Shown here: positions 12,700-26,329 of the stretch, piece after piece
How the letters are laid out: each line of letters starts with the position of its first letter
Numbering within the stretch: the stretch's first letter is position 1
Assembly: GCA_008632985.1 (NCBI GenBank)
Contig: QPGO01000041.1
Coordinates: forward strand, 124,001 to 188,000
Direction: 5' to 3'
Length of the DNA: 64,000 bases
DNA from: Psammoneis japonica
Lineage: Eukaryota
Notes under the pieces: generated by a model
Databases searched by the model: none
What the model saw: the letters and a program-made list of their open reading frames with translations, nothing else
Told to the model about the DNA's origin: nothing
Program-made: the position numbers and the translations under genes

Positions 12700-13450
12700 C
12701 CTGAAGCGTCTCAAAGTCACGACATACATCCATTGCCACGCTTAGATCTGCTGCAATAACTCTAGAATATCGCACCATTTGCTCTGTAATCCACTTTGCA
12801 GTAATGTCTGCTACTTGACAAATTCTTTCGTAGATTTCTGCCACTTTTACGTGTACTTTTCAACAATGTTCAATCGAATGGAGTTCCGCCACGAATCGTC
12901 TCTGCCGGACTGCAAACTCAATTCGGCGCACCAGACCTTTTTCGATGCTTTCCATTTGCTCGGTCTTTGATATTCGCCTTTTGCATATTCTTTCACCTCG
13001 CGCTTGCATTCAAGATTCAAGATGGTGAGATACATCTCTTGACGCCGTAGACTTCTTTTAGCATACCTTATAAATCATCATACTTCTGCTCTACAACCTC
13101 TTTCGTTTTCTCGTAATTGATCGTCAATGAAACCTGGTTGCCCGACGGTAGATGTGCTTGAACTCAAATTTGACGCCTTGTTCCTTGTTGTTGGTCTTCT
13201 TTTTACGACGAAATTGACGAGTCGGACGACGAACGAGAGGTCCACAAAAGCGTCATCAAGAGAATCATCAATTTCTTCAAACTCGTCCAGACGGTCATTG
13301 TCTATCTCGTCCACGTCTCGCTCCTTATTGAGCTCATCCTCAGAATCTTAATAAAGATGCAAATGTGCAGAGAGAGCAAAAGGATGCCTCCATTTTTTCG
13401 ACCTATCGCCATATCCGAGGAGATCGATTCAAAACGGCATGCACCCTCAA
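12700..13450 (-). pseudogene. Possible degenerate hAT-like transposase relic
   Basis: Broken frames give a CxxH-like segment (CSLHICIFIK), VRLVNFVVKRRP and a WRNS (RWNS-like) segment in hAT order. Many stops. Weak, by-eye call. Confidence 0.3.
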
Positions 13451-14075
13451 TGAGAGATAGAAATGGATTGACACTTTTTGTAGAAGCACAAACTCGGGAC
13501 GAGTCCTCTGGTAAAACCGTGTCGAAGAGTAAGATAAGAATGATCGTGCTTGGCTTTCCTTCGCATCGTCGACTGCGAAGTAATTGTGATTTTGAGATTG
13601 TTGAAGAATGGAAAAAAGATGTTCGAAGCGAACTGGGCCGTATCCACTGGTATGATATTCTTGTATGTAGAAAATACTGAAAATGTCTTATGTGCGTGGA
13701 GTGCCGTGATTTAACAGGCGAAAAGGACTTTTAAAGTGAAGTCATTCATTCATTTAACAAATGTCTCTCAGTTTTAAATAAATATGGTCATTGAATTTGT
13801 GCCATTCAATAGTGAATTTTCGTTTCAATCTTGATAGGGCAATATGCTTCTTGGGGGCAATAGTACAGGGCATAAATAATGGCGCTGTCGAAAAATATTG
13901 TTCTTACAGGGCGACGATTCGTCCTGCGAGAAAGATGATGCATCTTGTTCGTTATTATGTTTTGTTCTTCTTTGCCCAAAAACAGTCGATCAAACGCGAA
14001 ACAGAGAAACCACCAAACATGTACAGGCCCGTATTGCTCGAACTGAGCCATATCACTCAACCATATCCCTAAGAG

Positions 14076-17000
14076 ATGGCGTTTCCCTTGTTACTACTTA
14101 TCCTTATAACGACATCAGCCTTTGATGCAACGGCTGAGCAAGGAAAAGTTGTCGTCAAGAAAAGAGCCTCAGGGTGTAGGCACGGGTCGTGTCCATTCGA
14201 TATCTTTGACCTTGCTACAAGAGACTTCCGTGATGTTGATTCCGTCACAATAGAACTCGAACCGGGAACCTCTCGCATATTCACTCCAAGTGTCGACAGC
14301 ACCAAGGACATGTTCCATGGCGAAGGCGACGATGCGGAGTCCATTACACTTTTGACCCGAGAACACATTCAGATCGAGGATTCTTCAGATTCTAGTAAAT
14401 CAATGTTCGTCTTTGGCTCTGTTACTGTCAACGATACACTCTATCATATAGCACCAGATGAATTTGGGGTCACGCAAATTACTGAGTCATTGTGGGCAGA
14501 CTATCCTGAAGAATCAGACCCCTCATTTCTCCGGGAGCTAGAGAACTTCTCAGAGGAAAGAAACTACCTAAGGCTGAGATTAGTAGCCGACGAACTCTTG
14601 TCGACGATGATGGCGGAATCATTGACATTATGGTCGTCTGGACGCACGATGCCGGTAAGTTGCCACTGCATCGAGTACTCTTTTGTTCACATGTTGTGGC
14701 AATCTTCTCATCCTTGTTTGTGCACCACTTTCAGAATGTGTCAGCGTCACGAAACCGGAAAACTGCCAAGTTGACGAGATATCAACAAACAGAATGATGG
14801 GACTGGTTGAACTAGCAATACGAGAGACCAATACAGCGTTCAAGGAATCTCTTGTCAACACGCAGCTTCGCCTTGTTCACGCCTATAGGGACGAAACTTA
14901 CGAGGAACCAACAGTTGAAAGCTATCTGAGAACGCCACTCCTTGACATTACATACGTTGGAAACCAGAAGTTTGAGGATGTCCACGGGAAACGTGATGAG
15001 TATGGAGCAGATATAGTTGCCCTCATTGTCGCTGGTCGTCGAGAGTTCCGAACATGCGGTGCAGCATGGATCGGCACGTTGGAAACCAGGTAAGAAAATG
15101 CCAAGTGAAAAGCCATCAGCATTCAGCATCATCTCGTGACCTCTTCTCTGACCTTCATCTCACGCTCTTTCGTCTCTCTTTCTTTTTGAATTCTATCCCT
15201 AACTAGGATGTTTGCAGTGACAAAGTGGAACTGCACAACAGGCTACTACAGTTTTGGGCATGAGATTGCACATTTGATGGTATGAAACTGCATTGACAGC
15301 AAGTCCTGGGTCACAAAGGACTGGACAATGTCTAATGCTTCCTTCTTTATCTTCCTTACTTTCTCAGGGAGCTCAACACGATCGCGGATCGCTTAGTGAA
15401 AATAGACGAGGGGCCTGCTCCGAATCTGGCTACAATTTTGGATGGCGTGATCCAAACGCAAAGTTTCGTACCATTCTTGCGTACAATTGCGTGTCTGGCC
15501 AATGCGATGGGAATCCCGGGGGTGGATGCCCCCGAATACAACGCTTTTCAAGTCGTAACGTACGGGTGAGTTCAGCCCACTGCCTGGTCAATTCACCTAC
15601 GACTTCTTGCCTTCTTGTTATTGATCCTGTGTTTCGTCTCCTTTTCTTTAAACAGTATGCCATAAAGGAGTAGTCGCGGCGTCTCTTGGCAATGCCATGA
15701 ATGATAATGCCCGCCAACTTAACAGTGTGCTGGCAGTGGTAGCTGGATATAGGCAGACGGTCGTAGAATGGAGTCCAATGATACGAACTGGAGAACTGCA
15801 AACGTTGCTCTCGACAAAGAAGGGAGGGACTACAGGAGCTGGTAAGGATATACTGAATCTTTCTGCATCGCTGATGTTGATTGTTTCAACGTATGCCGTT
15901 CCTTATCTACGTCTGTCCATTGTTGCTCAATTTCCAGGTAACATGTTCAAGCTGAGTGTCACCATGACCATTGAAGTAGTCAGTCTTGATATCCATACGC
16001 ATGCTGACTTTTCTGGTTTACGAGTCTTGGTTTTCACCCGTCGAGGTGGCTATGAAGACGCAACAACAGATCCATCGAAATGGAAAATGATCCAGGACAC
16101 ACGCGTGACTGGTCTAGGGCAAGGATCCCTCACCCCTCTTCCACCCTTTGAAGTTCCAGTAAGAGTGAACAAAGGCTCTACACAATCGTTCTACGTCACC
16201 TTGGTCAGAAAGGATATGCTGGCATATTCACCTGGTACTGTGGAAGGAGGTCTTGCTGCATCGGATGGTATTGTCAGCCTCTTTGAAGGGAGCGGTTTGA
16301 TCTCACCTTTTATGGATCTAAAGCACCAAACATTTGGAACGGCAATATCAACTATTATCTTCTCAGGGATTTTGATCAACTTCCGACAACTCCACCTCCC
16401 ACCCCGGCTGCGACAGAGGCAAACACCGCTGGAACAAAGTCAGTTCAAGAGTTGGTCCTACCAACCGACGGAAGCGATGCGCAAAATGGAATAATGTTTC
16501 AAGTGAGAGCAAAAAAGAATGTTGAGATTCTAGGCTTTGATATTCACACCCGCGAGACGGCACAAGTCCGTGTCTCCGTCTTTACCAAGCCAAACGACTA
16601 CGTCATGAAGAGATCTCGTTGGATCAAGGTTCAGGACGTTCGAGTCATGGGCTTGGGAAAGCGACTATTGACACACGTTCCATTGTTGACTAATCCTGTA
16701 GGTATCCCTGCCAACCGAACTCAATCCTTTTACGTGACGCTGGGAAGGTCCCACAGATTGAAATTTTCGGTTGGAATCAATCAAGGCGAGATTTGCAAGG
16801 CCAATGATGACGTGACACTATTTTCTGGCAAAGGAGTCCGGTATCTATTTCAGCGGCGTTCATACCCTTCAAAATGCTTGGACGGAAATATCAAATACAC
16901 AATCATGGATGATTCAACTGGTCCAAGGTGCGAAAACCGCCGAGATTGGAAATTCGTCACATCAAGAGGCCATCGAAAAGGTTGTGCTTGGATAGCAAAA

Positions 17001-17083
17001 AAGCCAAATAAGCGATGCTCCAAAGTTGGCCTTTGGAAGTTTCGGCCTTTGATGCGTGTAAAGCGGTTTGTGGCGGATGTTAG
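14076..17083 (+). CDS. Secreted reprolysin/M12B-like zinc metallopeptidase, multi-exon (paralog 2), with apparent frameshifts
   Basis: MAFPLLLLIL signal, YGADIVALI, HEIAHLM|GAQHD, FRTILAY, two copies of the beta-rich domain, Cys-rich tail ending DACKAVCGGC-TAG at 17081-17083. Confidence 0.82.
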
Positions 17084-17716
17084 AAAAAAGATAATCGAGG
17101 AATGATAGGAGGAGGTGGTCTCGAATCTGGTTGGGTTATTGGGCCTGTTGGGCCTCTTTTGCGACGCGATACGAATGCAGACGCGGGTGACGAGTACTCA
17201 TTTTCTTTGCCATGTAGAAAACATATACTATTTCAATATTTCAAATTCTTCTTATTGCCCTTCCAGCCCACTAATTTGTATAGTACCATCTGTTCAAGCG
17301 CCGCATCAATAGTACATATATTTAACTATCTCCCCCTACTGTACCCTACCGTACAAAAATAATTATTACGTATCCCTCCAGGCAATAGAGTTGTCGGTTG
17401 AGAATAGCTTATGACATTACTGAATGATTCCCGTATTTATAATTGAGACATTTAATCCTTGTAGTAGTCGTGCACGCAATAGACAAAATTCTCGATAGTC
17501 GTGCTGGTACTAATTACCTAGCCTACGTAGTCTTACTCAATCGTTTTTAAAAATTTGGTGAACGTACGTAGACTCCCGTAGAATGTGTACGACAACTGAC
17601 ATGATTATGTTTTTGGCCAGCCACGCAATAATAAACGCGGATGAACCAACCTCGCGAAGCGATAATGCATCAAAAAAAAACAACGCAGTCATTCATGTCT
17701 GTGTAAACAAAAAGAA

Positions 17717-20700
17717 ATGTTATTCGATGATAGAGCCATGGTATGGCGTCTTGTGGTGATAATACTGGCAATAGTACTGTCAACGGGGGCTTCAGAAGAA
17801 CGAAAACGAAAGGAACTCACAATATCTAAGCAGGGGCATGACATATTGAGAAGAAGCTCTTCGCCGGGGTGCAGGGGGAACACTTGTCGATTCGATGTCC
17901 GTGGCCTTACCGGGAGTCTCGGTGACATTGATGTTGTCAACTTCGAAGTAGCACGTGGAGTTTATCGTAGATTCAAGCGAGACTCGAGGAGAAGAAGATC
18001 ATACATTTTTCACGGTGAAGGGGAAGACGGCGTTGAGTCTCTGAACCTCCTTACCCGCGAACTGGTAACCGAGGGTGACGCACCAAACGAAGTCCGCTTT
18101 TTCGGGTCTGCCTCTGATAATGAAAAGCTCTATCAGATTTCACCTGATGAGTTTGGGGTGACCCAAGTCACAGAAACCGAATGGAAAGACTATCCAGCAG
18201 AAACCGAAGCGCTCTATGCGCCCACTCGTAGGGTTCTCAAAACACAATGTAGGGAAGATGCGGAAACAAATGTACAACGTAAAATCTCCTCTGTTGTACG
18301 ATCGCAGCTTGATGTCGTGGATGACCTGGGCGGAAACATTGACGTTATGGTTGTATGGACCATTGATGCCGGTGAGTCATGCGTGTTCTCAAAACTGATA
18401 CTGTTTTGTACCTGGTGTTTCTTGTTTCTTATACCCACTGATTCAACGCCCGTGATAAACAGAATGTGCAAAAGCTGGTATAGCAGCGGAAGGATGTGAA
18501 CTGAGTGCATTAACTGTGAATACAGAGGACACCATGATGGGACTCGTTGAACTGGCAGTGGAAGAGACGAATGTCGCCTTGCGAGAATCCGGTGTCAACA
18601 CGCAATTCCGTTTAGTTCACGCCTACAGGGACGCATTCTACCGAGAACCGGATTCAAACACAATTCGAGCAATGCTAAATGAGGTTACCTTTACGGGAGA
18701 CGGAAAACTCGATGATGTGCACCAGAAGCGCAACGAGTATGGTGCCGACGTTGTAGCAGTGATTGCTGGTGGGCGAGGTGACAGGAACACTTGCGGTATG
18801 GGATGGATCGGGCCGGATGTCAACTATATGTTCTCTGTTACGAATTATAGATGTGCCACGGGTTACTTTAGTTTTGGCCATGAGATTGGTAAGTTTTCTG
18901 TTCTCGTTGTGCTGTCTGAATGTTGGTGCTAGTACTTTCAACTGACTCCATTCAATTTTGATCTATTTTGCGGTTTTCAGCACACAACATGGTATGAATG
19001 AGACTGTGTCTTCTTTGAATGGATTGCTTTCCAAGCAATCCCAAAGCTCATGACTGTTTTTTTTTTCGTTTTCAGGGAGCTCATCATGACAGAGGTGCAA
19101 TGGGTCCCGCGGGTTGCTCAATGCCCGGTTATGCTCATGCTTGGAGAGACCCACAAGCTCGGTTTCGAACTATACTCGCGTACGATTGCAGGACGAATCA
19201 GTGCGACAACATTGCTCGGAGTGGATGCCCTCGTATCCAGCGATTTTCTAACACACGTGCACTCGTAAGTCAAAATTGAAATAGTTTCCGTGTCAAGCAA
19301 GACAATTGTCGGAAATTGTTTCTTACATACGTTTTCCAACCATTCTCATCAGTACAATTACAACGAAGCAGTCAATTTGCCTCTGGGCGACGAAAGAAGT
19401 AACAACGCCCGTCAGCTGAATAATGTACTGGCAGAAGTTGCCGGGTACAGGCAAGCTGTTGTAGAAAACGAGAATCCTCCCAATGAGGAGGGTTCCGAGA
19501 ATTCAACGTCGCCCACTGGTGAAATGCTGACACTGACGACGACCAATGAGGGAGGGAATATAGGATCAGGTAAGAATAAGTCGTGCCCAAACGCGTTGTT
19601 GACAGCATCAATGGTCTTTTGTACTCATTGTTTTGCAATAATTCTTTATTCCAATCTCAGGTAACGCGTTCAAGCTGAACGTCTCAGCGAGCATTGACAT
19701 AGTCAGCCTTGACATTCATGTACTAGCCACTGTTGACGTTCAAGTTTTGGTATATACTCGCCAAGGTGGTTATGAAAATGCAACCTCCGACGAGTCCAAC
19801 TGGACCATGGTTCAAGATACAGTTGTAAGGGGTCTCGGACAATTCAATCTGACCTCGCTCCCACCATTTGATGTTCCGATTAGAGTGGACGAAGGCTCCC
19901 CACAAGCCTTTTACGTCGGCGTGAACGGAACTGATCTACCGGTATTGGCATACACGGCTGGTACTACGGAAGGAGCTGCGTATGAATCTGATGGAGTCAT
20001 CAGCGTTTTTGAAGGCCGAGGCTTCCAGAGTCATTTTGCCAATGCGTCGGCGCCAGAAGTATGGAACGGCAATGTCAACTACTATATTGTGGAAAGGTCG
20101 ACACCAACTCCGTCTCCAACAAGGGCTCCAACGGGTGGCATCCCAACCAATAGTACCGGCAGTCCAGAGGCAGTCGAAGACTTTATCACAACGCTCAGCG
20201 GCGGAGATTCGAACAATGGCGTCATGTTCAAGCTTAGCGCTGCCCAAAACGTTGAGATTCGCGGTTTTGACATTTACACTAGCATGACCTCTGACGTGCG
20301 TCTCGTAGTTTACACAATGCCAGGAGATTACGAAATGGATCAGACGAAATGGACCAAGGTTCAGGACATTCGGGTCCGTGCTAGAGGTAAACGTCGATTG
20401 ACGATCGTACCTCTCCTTGAGAATCCTGTCGGTATACCAGCTAGTCGAACTCAGTCGTTCTATGTCACACTTGATGGACGCCGCACAATGACCTACAGCA
20501 AGGGTCAGAGGGAAGGCGAAAAATTCAGGACAAATGGAGTGTTGACGTTCTTTGAAGGCCAGGGCGTGGGTTATCCCTTTCGAGGTCGACCAGTTGCCCC
20601 TCGCGTATTCAATGGTAACATCAAGTACCAGGTGCTCGACGAGTCATCGAAAGTTTCACCAACCGCGGAGTCGGCATCACCCTCAGACACACCATCGATA

Positions 20701-21552
20701 GCATCATCCCTCTCAGAAACACCATCGATAGCACCATCAGAATGGCCCTCAGAATCGCCACCATCACGCTCACCCTCGGAAGCGCCCTCAGTGTCGCCAT
20801 CAGAAACACCCTCAGACACACCATCGATAGCACCATCCCGCTCAGAAACGCCATCGATAGCACCATCCCGCTCAGAAACGCCATCACGCTCACCCTCGGA
20901 AGCGCCCTCAGTGTCGCCATCAGAAACACCCTCAGACACACCATCGATAGCACCATCCCGCTCAGAAACGCCATCGATAGCACCATCAGAATGGCCCTCA
21001 GAATCGCCATCACTATCGCCCTCGGAAGCGCCCTCAGTGTCGCCATCAGAAACACCCTCACAATCACCGTCTGAATGGCCATCGGAATCACCATCACCGT
21101 CTGAATCGCCATCGGAAACACCGTCAGAACGACTTTCAGCATCGCCATCGGAGTCGCCATCACGCTCAGAATCACCCTCAGTGTCGCCATCAGAAACACC
21201 CTCAGAATGGCCCTCACAATCGCCATCGGAATCACCATCACGTTCAGTATCACCATCGATGTCGCCCTCAGAAACACCCTCAAAATCGCCGTCAAAATCA
21301 CCATCAGAACCTCCCTCAGAGTCACCACCATCTGAATCACCGACTGTATCACCGTCCGAAACACCAACCCTTTTGGAGAATGATCCGGATTGGACATTTT
21401 ATAGCTATCGAGGTGTGTTGAAGAGATGTGATTGGGTAGGAGCGAAACCAGATACGCGATGCGGCAGAATTGGCAGAGAAGGAATCCCCGCTTGTGAATC
21501 GTGCGAAGAGGTTTGCGCTGGAGTTGCAGTTTGCCAGGAACAGTCAGAATGA
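17717..21552 (+). CDS. Secreted reprolysin/M12B-like zinc metallopeptidase, multi-exon (paralog 3), with a mucin-like Ser/Pro/Glu stalk
   Basis: IDVMVVWT, YGADVVAVI, HEI|AHNM|GAHHD via an 11-nt exon, FRTILAY, two beta-rich domains, PSxxPS repeats and a Cys-rich C-terminus. Confidence 0.85.
20660..21365 (+). repeat. Coding tandem repeat (PSETPS / PSIAPS / PSESPS) with 30-bp units and a 120-bp higher-order duplication
   Basis: The 60-nt lines starting at 20761 and 20881 are identical; ccatcgatagcaccatcccgctcagaaacg occurs in tandem at 20821-20880. Confidence 0.95.
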
Positions 21553-21949
21553 TGATGATTCGGCAGATGATGCACTTCCCTCGTCGATTCCAATGTCGTC
21601 TCGGGGACCGCCACCTGAACAACAACTTAATGGGGATGCTGTTCATGTTGAAACTAACCTTTCGGGCTTTGTGTTTGGTAAGGGGGGATTTGAAGCTCTT
21701 ACCCAGAGCCATCGTGAAGAACGATATTAGATACATTCGAAAATAGATTCTATAGATGCTTCCCATTTTGCAAATAATTGACATTGTGCCTTGTCTGTTC
21801 TCGTCGTTGCGAAACATTTAGAACGTCAATTTACACAAACAGTTCCACTCCATGCATGAAACTTCTTGCCGAGACGTACGATTAGTCTATCATGTATTCA
21901 ATGCTAAGACGTGGTCCTACTTCTGACAGCTTCCAATTTCCGGAAGAAA

Positions 21950-24100
21950 GTTGAGCACACCCTCCACAGCAAGTTCTGACTTCGAGCAACTTTTAGCACA
22001 CAGAAAACTCTCCAACTCTCACTTGTCGCGCATTGCGTGACAGGAAATCCCACATCCACCAAGCATTGACCATTGGACCTGGAATCCTCATCAATGCAGA
22101 AGACTCTCCCATCACTCCAATTGGTTTCATGTGTCATTCAATTGCACACAAAGGACCTGCCTGTCAAGCTTGGATTTTTCTCAATCTTCAAGCAACTTGT
22201 CAACAGAAACATCTTGCAAAGCTGCAATGAGAAGAAAGTCAACTCACAAGCAACCATCCTTTCAAAGAAATGACCCTTGCCTGTGCCAATGCCCCCACTC
22301 ACAATTGCAAAGAACTCATGCTCATTTGTGTCATTGGCCCACATTGTCTTTTCACACATGTCACTGAGAAACTGCATGGTGCATCCAACTGGAATGGACA
22401 AGAAGTCACAGCATCAGAATGTGCGTTCACTGTGCCCCCCAGAGCACACTTCTTCAATTTGCATGAAAGCACATCATTGGGCACCATGAGTTTCCCATCA
22501 TGATCCTCTGCCTTCCAGCAACTGGGATGTGCAATCAGAGCAAAGAACAGAGACACAACGCCATTGCGGCATCTTCCATGGCAAGACAGGATTGGACAAG
22601 ACCAACCCTGCAAGCAGATTTGGCTGCCAACAAGAGGTCCTGTTTAGACACAAGTTTGCCAACCCTAATAGCTCACTGTGGTGGTGGTGGAGCAAGGTGC
22701 TGCAGAAAGCACATGGCACATGGTGGTTCACACACGTTGGTTCAGCCAAGAAACTGAACAAATCATCTTCTTGCACCGCTGCTTTCCACTTGAAATGCTT
22801 TTGCAGCAGCATCCTGCCAAACTCCTTTGGAAGCTGCCCTCCAACTGGAAGTGGGTAATTTTCAAATGAGATTCACTGTTGAACACCAGTGGCATGCTTT
22901 GTGGTGACTTGGTTGACTGCATCGACAAAGGCTGCTGGCACAACACAGTCAAACAGATCATTTGACAGTTTGGCATTCCAAGAAATGAGGAAAGTGCCCA
23001 ACAACAGCAAAACTTCACTGAAATGCAGTGCAAATGCATTGTCCTTGATTGCGTTTTTCCAAGAGAGTGCACCCAAAGCCTCCACAACATTTCACAAAAA
23101 AGTCCTTGCCAGCTTGACAAGTTTCACAGGTGCGTGCTTCTGTGGTGATTTCACAAAGGTCTGCAATGAGACTGTGCACATCTGTGAACTTTTTGCAACA
23201 ATGCAAGCTCCCAATGCAGTTGCTGCCTCTTTCACAGTCCTCATTTTGCCAGGCCCAGAAACAGCACCAGCACATCGCCAGGAGGGGAGCACCGATGCAA
23301 AGTCGGTTTGTCGTCTTTGCCTTCAAGGTTTGTCAGCTGCTGCTCTGTTGAAAAAAGTCCAGCGAAAATTGTTTTCTTCTCTTCTTTGCTGCAGCAGCAT
23401 CTGAATGAGACAAATCATGACTCTTCTGCACCTGAGATTGATGCCACAATGCAAAGCAGCTTTTGAAGCATTTGCGTTGGATTCAACCACAAAGTGCTGC
23501 TGCATCAGAACCTTCTCCAGCATTGCCACAGTTGAGCCAACAGAAATGGGCCAGTGCAAAGGTCATCATCATCTGGAGCTGACACTCTGCTCGTGAGCAA
23601 GCAATGACAGTTTTGGACAAAAGCACAAGCAACAGCTCAGACTTGTCATCTCGATTCACGTGGCGCGCTTTTCCCAGCATGCAGCAGCTGTCACACAAAC
23701 AATGATGAGATGATGCACACCTTTTTCCACTTCAAGAAGCTTTCTGCAGAATTTTTCATTGTCAGGAGGGTCCCCAGCAAGCAGAATCAGATCCCCTTCT
23801 GGAATTTTGTGCTGCACTTGATGAGACCCACGGTGGCTTCAATCGTGTCTTCATCATTGGCTGGGCTCTCCCTTGTTGTGGAGCAGCCACACTGCTTCCT
23901 CTCAACAAATTCTGTCCATCAGCTTTCATGCCATGCAGTGCCCAATTCATCTTGGACTTGCCCCTTGATCTGAGAGAGCCACTCGTCGCGATTCTTGCTT
24001 GTGTCACTCACATGGCTTGTGCTTGTGTTGTTGCCTGTGTGGGCGGGATCGACGTGCAATGCAAGACGACTCCCTTTTCCTTGGGCGGGCATGCGATGGA
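21950..24100. other. TpA- and CpG-depleted decayed sequence (unidentified repeat or pseudogene)
   Basis: Very few TA or CG, excess TG/CA, Cys/His-rich fragmentary ORFs; normal composition resumes near 24120. No family or TIR recognised. Confidence 0.6.
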
Positions 24101-24519
24101 ATGGAGAGCACACACGAATTACAAGCCGTGCTAACTTTTTCATTTTATTATTAGAGTACTGTAGATCCCTTGCTATGAAATTGATTTGAACGTTACACGT
24201 CCCGCATTGGCGAATAAAAATTTGTATTCAAGTATTGAGTAGTTTTTCAAATCACAAACTTCAAGAGTTCTCCTAAAACGAACTTCATTGGATAAACAAT
24301 TATTAGTGCATGAAGACGCCTAACAGCCTGAAATACCCGTCCCTTCTTCTTCAGCCGCTTCTTTTTGACGCGACGGGGCGCGGCAGATCAACACGCTGTT
24401 TTACTGCCAGCAGTCGCGAAGCAACACTTTGGGGGCTTGTAGTGTTCTTGTTGCGTTGTTGTTCTCCTCTGTCGACATACAGCAATCTCGGATATTCACT
24501 GAATGTTATAACGTACGAC

Positions 24520-26176
24520 ATGACAGCAGCAGTTTCTCCTTTTTCGTTTCACTGCATGATTTGCTTTGAAGAATTTCATACAGAATCACGGTATCCTGTG
24601 ATTTTACCCTGTGGCCATACCTATGTCTGTCATGTATGCTCGGAACGACTCGACAAGTGTATGGAATGCCGTACTCCGCTCTTTGTATGGACCGTACCAC
24701 AGCCCAAGCCACTGACTGTTCCGGCAAATAATAATAATCCCAATCATTCACGTTATCACCACCCTCGCGGTTCTGCACAGCAGACGCACAGAAACGTGCC
24801 GAGATTAGCTCCGTCTTTGGAACCACCCACCAAGACGAGATTGCCACTTCCGAAAAATGTGGTTCTGCTGTCCCTCATGGAAGCTACAGAATTAACGACG
24901 GAACGACAAAAACCCGCGTCACCCAAGATTGCTTCGTCTCTCAGTAAACACCAGCAAGAAGAGGAAGAAGAAGAAGAGGAGGTGAATTTGGAAGAGACGA
25001 AAATTCGTGAAGGAACGTCTCTGGCCGTCAGTGGATGTGGTACCTATGGCGTGACGGCAGAATCGCTCTTGATTTATCCCATTCGTCCGTCTGCGGGTGA
25101 TACAGCACAGGCGGATGGAGGAGATGTGGATACTCTGGTTAGGTTTCATCACTTGGATCAAGAAGTCGACAAGCAACGCGTCAGTATGGGCGATCGGATT
25201 CAGATTGTATCTATTGACGGGGGGTGGGCCAAACTGGCGCGTGGATATGGATTTATTCAGGCCAATTCCAATCAAATTGTAAAGGGTACGTTGCTTTTTC
25301 AGGTGCTTACAGCGACTTGTGGGATTGAAATAAGTTTTCTTACACACGCGCTGTCATTTTCTTATACTTACAGTCGGCGGTGCTATGGACCGCGCTTGTG
25401 TTTTGGAAGCCATGCTGCATTCTCTTTCGATTCGTCGAAAGGAATTGCGAAAGCAACAATCCAAGGTGGATAGTCGCTTTGTGTTTGCCATGAATGAATT
25501 GCAAACCTCACTTGCTCAGGATGAAGACTTGACTGTGATTTGCGCTGAAACATTCAAGAAAACCACTACCGAAGAAACCAAGCCCGAAGAGAAGGACGAG
25601 AGCGAAGCAGTAGACAAGCTTCGAGAAATGAAAATGTGTTCGTCTCTCATGGATGAAGATGATGACGACGACGACAGTGACAGTGATAGCAGCAATGACG
25701 ATGAAGCAGAAAACGAAGGGGTGCCCGCCCCTCAAGAACAACTCGACATGCCGAATCTCGCGGCACCCGTCACCTTGACACGGCAAGAGACACCGCAGTG
25801 CATCATTGGACCCACCTCCTCTGGTCTTGGCTGCGGTTTCTCTTCTAGCCTACTTCCTGAAATGACAACAACAACGACATCACCCACGAACCGAGCTCGT
25901 GCCGCGTCTCATCCGACCGAAGTCAGTCCAAGTCAGTTTAATCAATCCCAAATGTCTGCGGGTGCCCGTGCTTGGAGAGAACGGCACAACCGTCCAGCCT
26001 CCAAGGGTATTGATTTTCGCACGGGACTGTCGGGACACACGGCGCTCATGTCGTCACACGCGCATCCACACGGATATCTGGGACGAAGTGCGTGGAGGAC
26101 GGGAATGTCCAACCATTCCGGATTGAGTCGGACCGTGCGAAAGGCCCCGTCGTTTCCACCGGATTGTGATTTGTAG
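24520..26176 (+). CDS. RING-HC finger protein with SH3-like segment and acidic region; intron at about 25286-25373
   Basis: CMICFEEF..PVILPCGHTYVCHVC..CMECR; GDRIQIVSIDGGWAKLARGYGFI; gtacgt...acag intron joins the two ORFs. Confidence 0.85.
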
Positions 26177-26329
26177 TTGAGACGTGAGACTTTTCTTAGG
26201 AGACGGGAGTAAACATGGGAACAACGGGGGGAGGCAGAGTATGTACAGCTTTAATGTGCGCATTCATCACTATAAAACCATTGCATGATTGATTCATACT
26301 TGAACTACTAAGTCTTAGTCAAAAGGGCT

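Noticed and set aside
20660..21365. CRISPR-like repeat array
   Set aside because: In-frame coding Ser/Pro repeats without unique spacers, in a eukaryotic gene.
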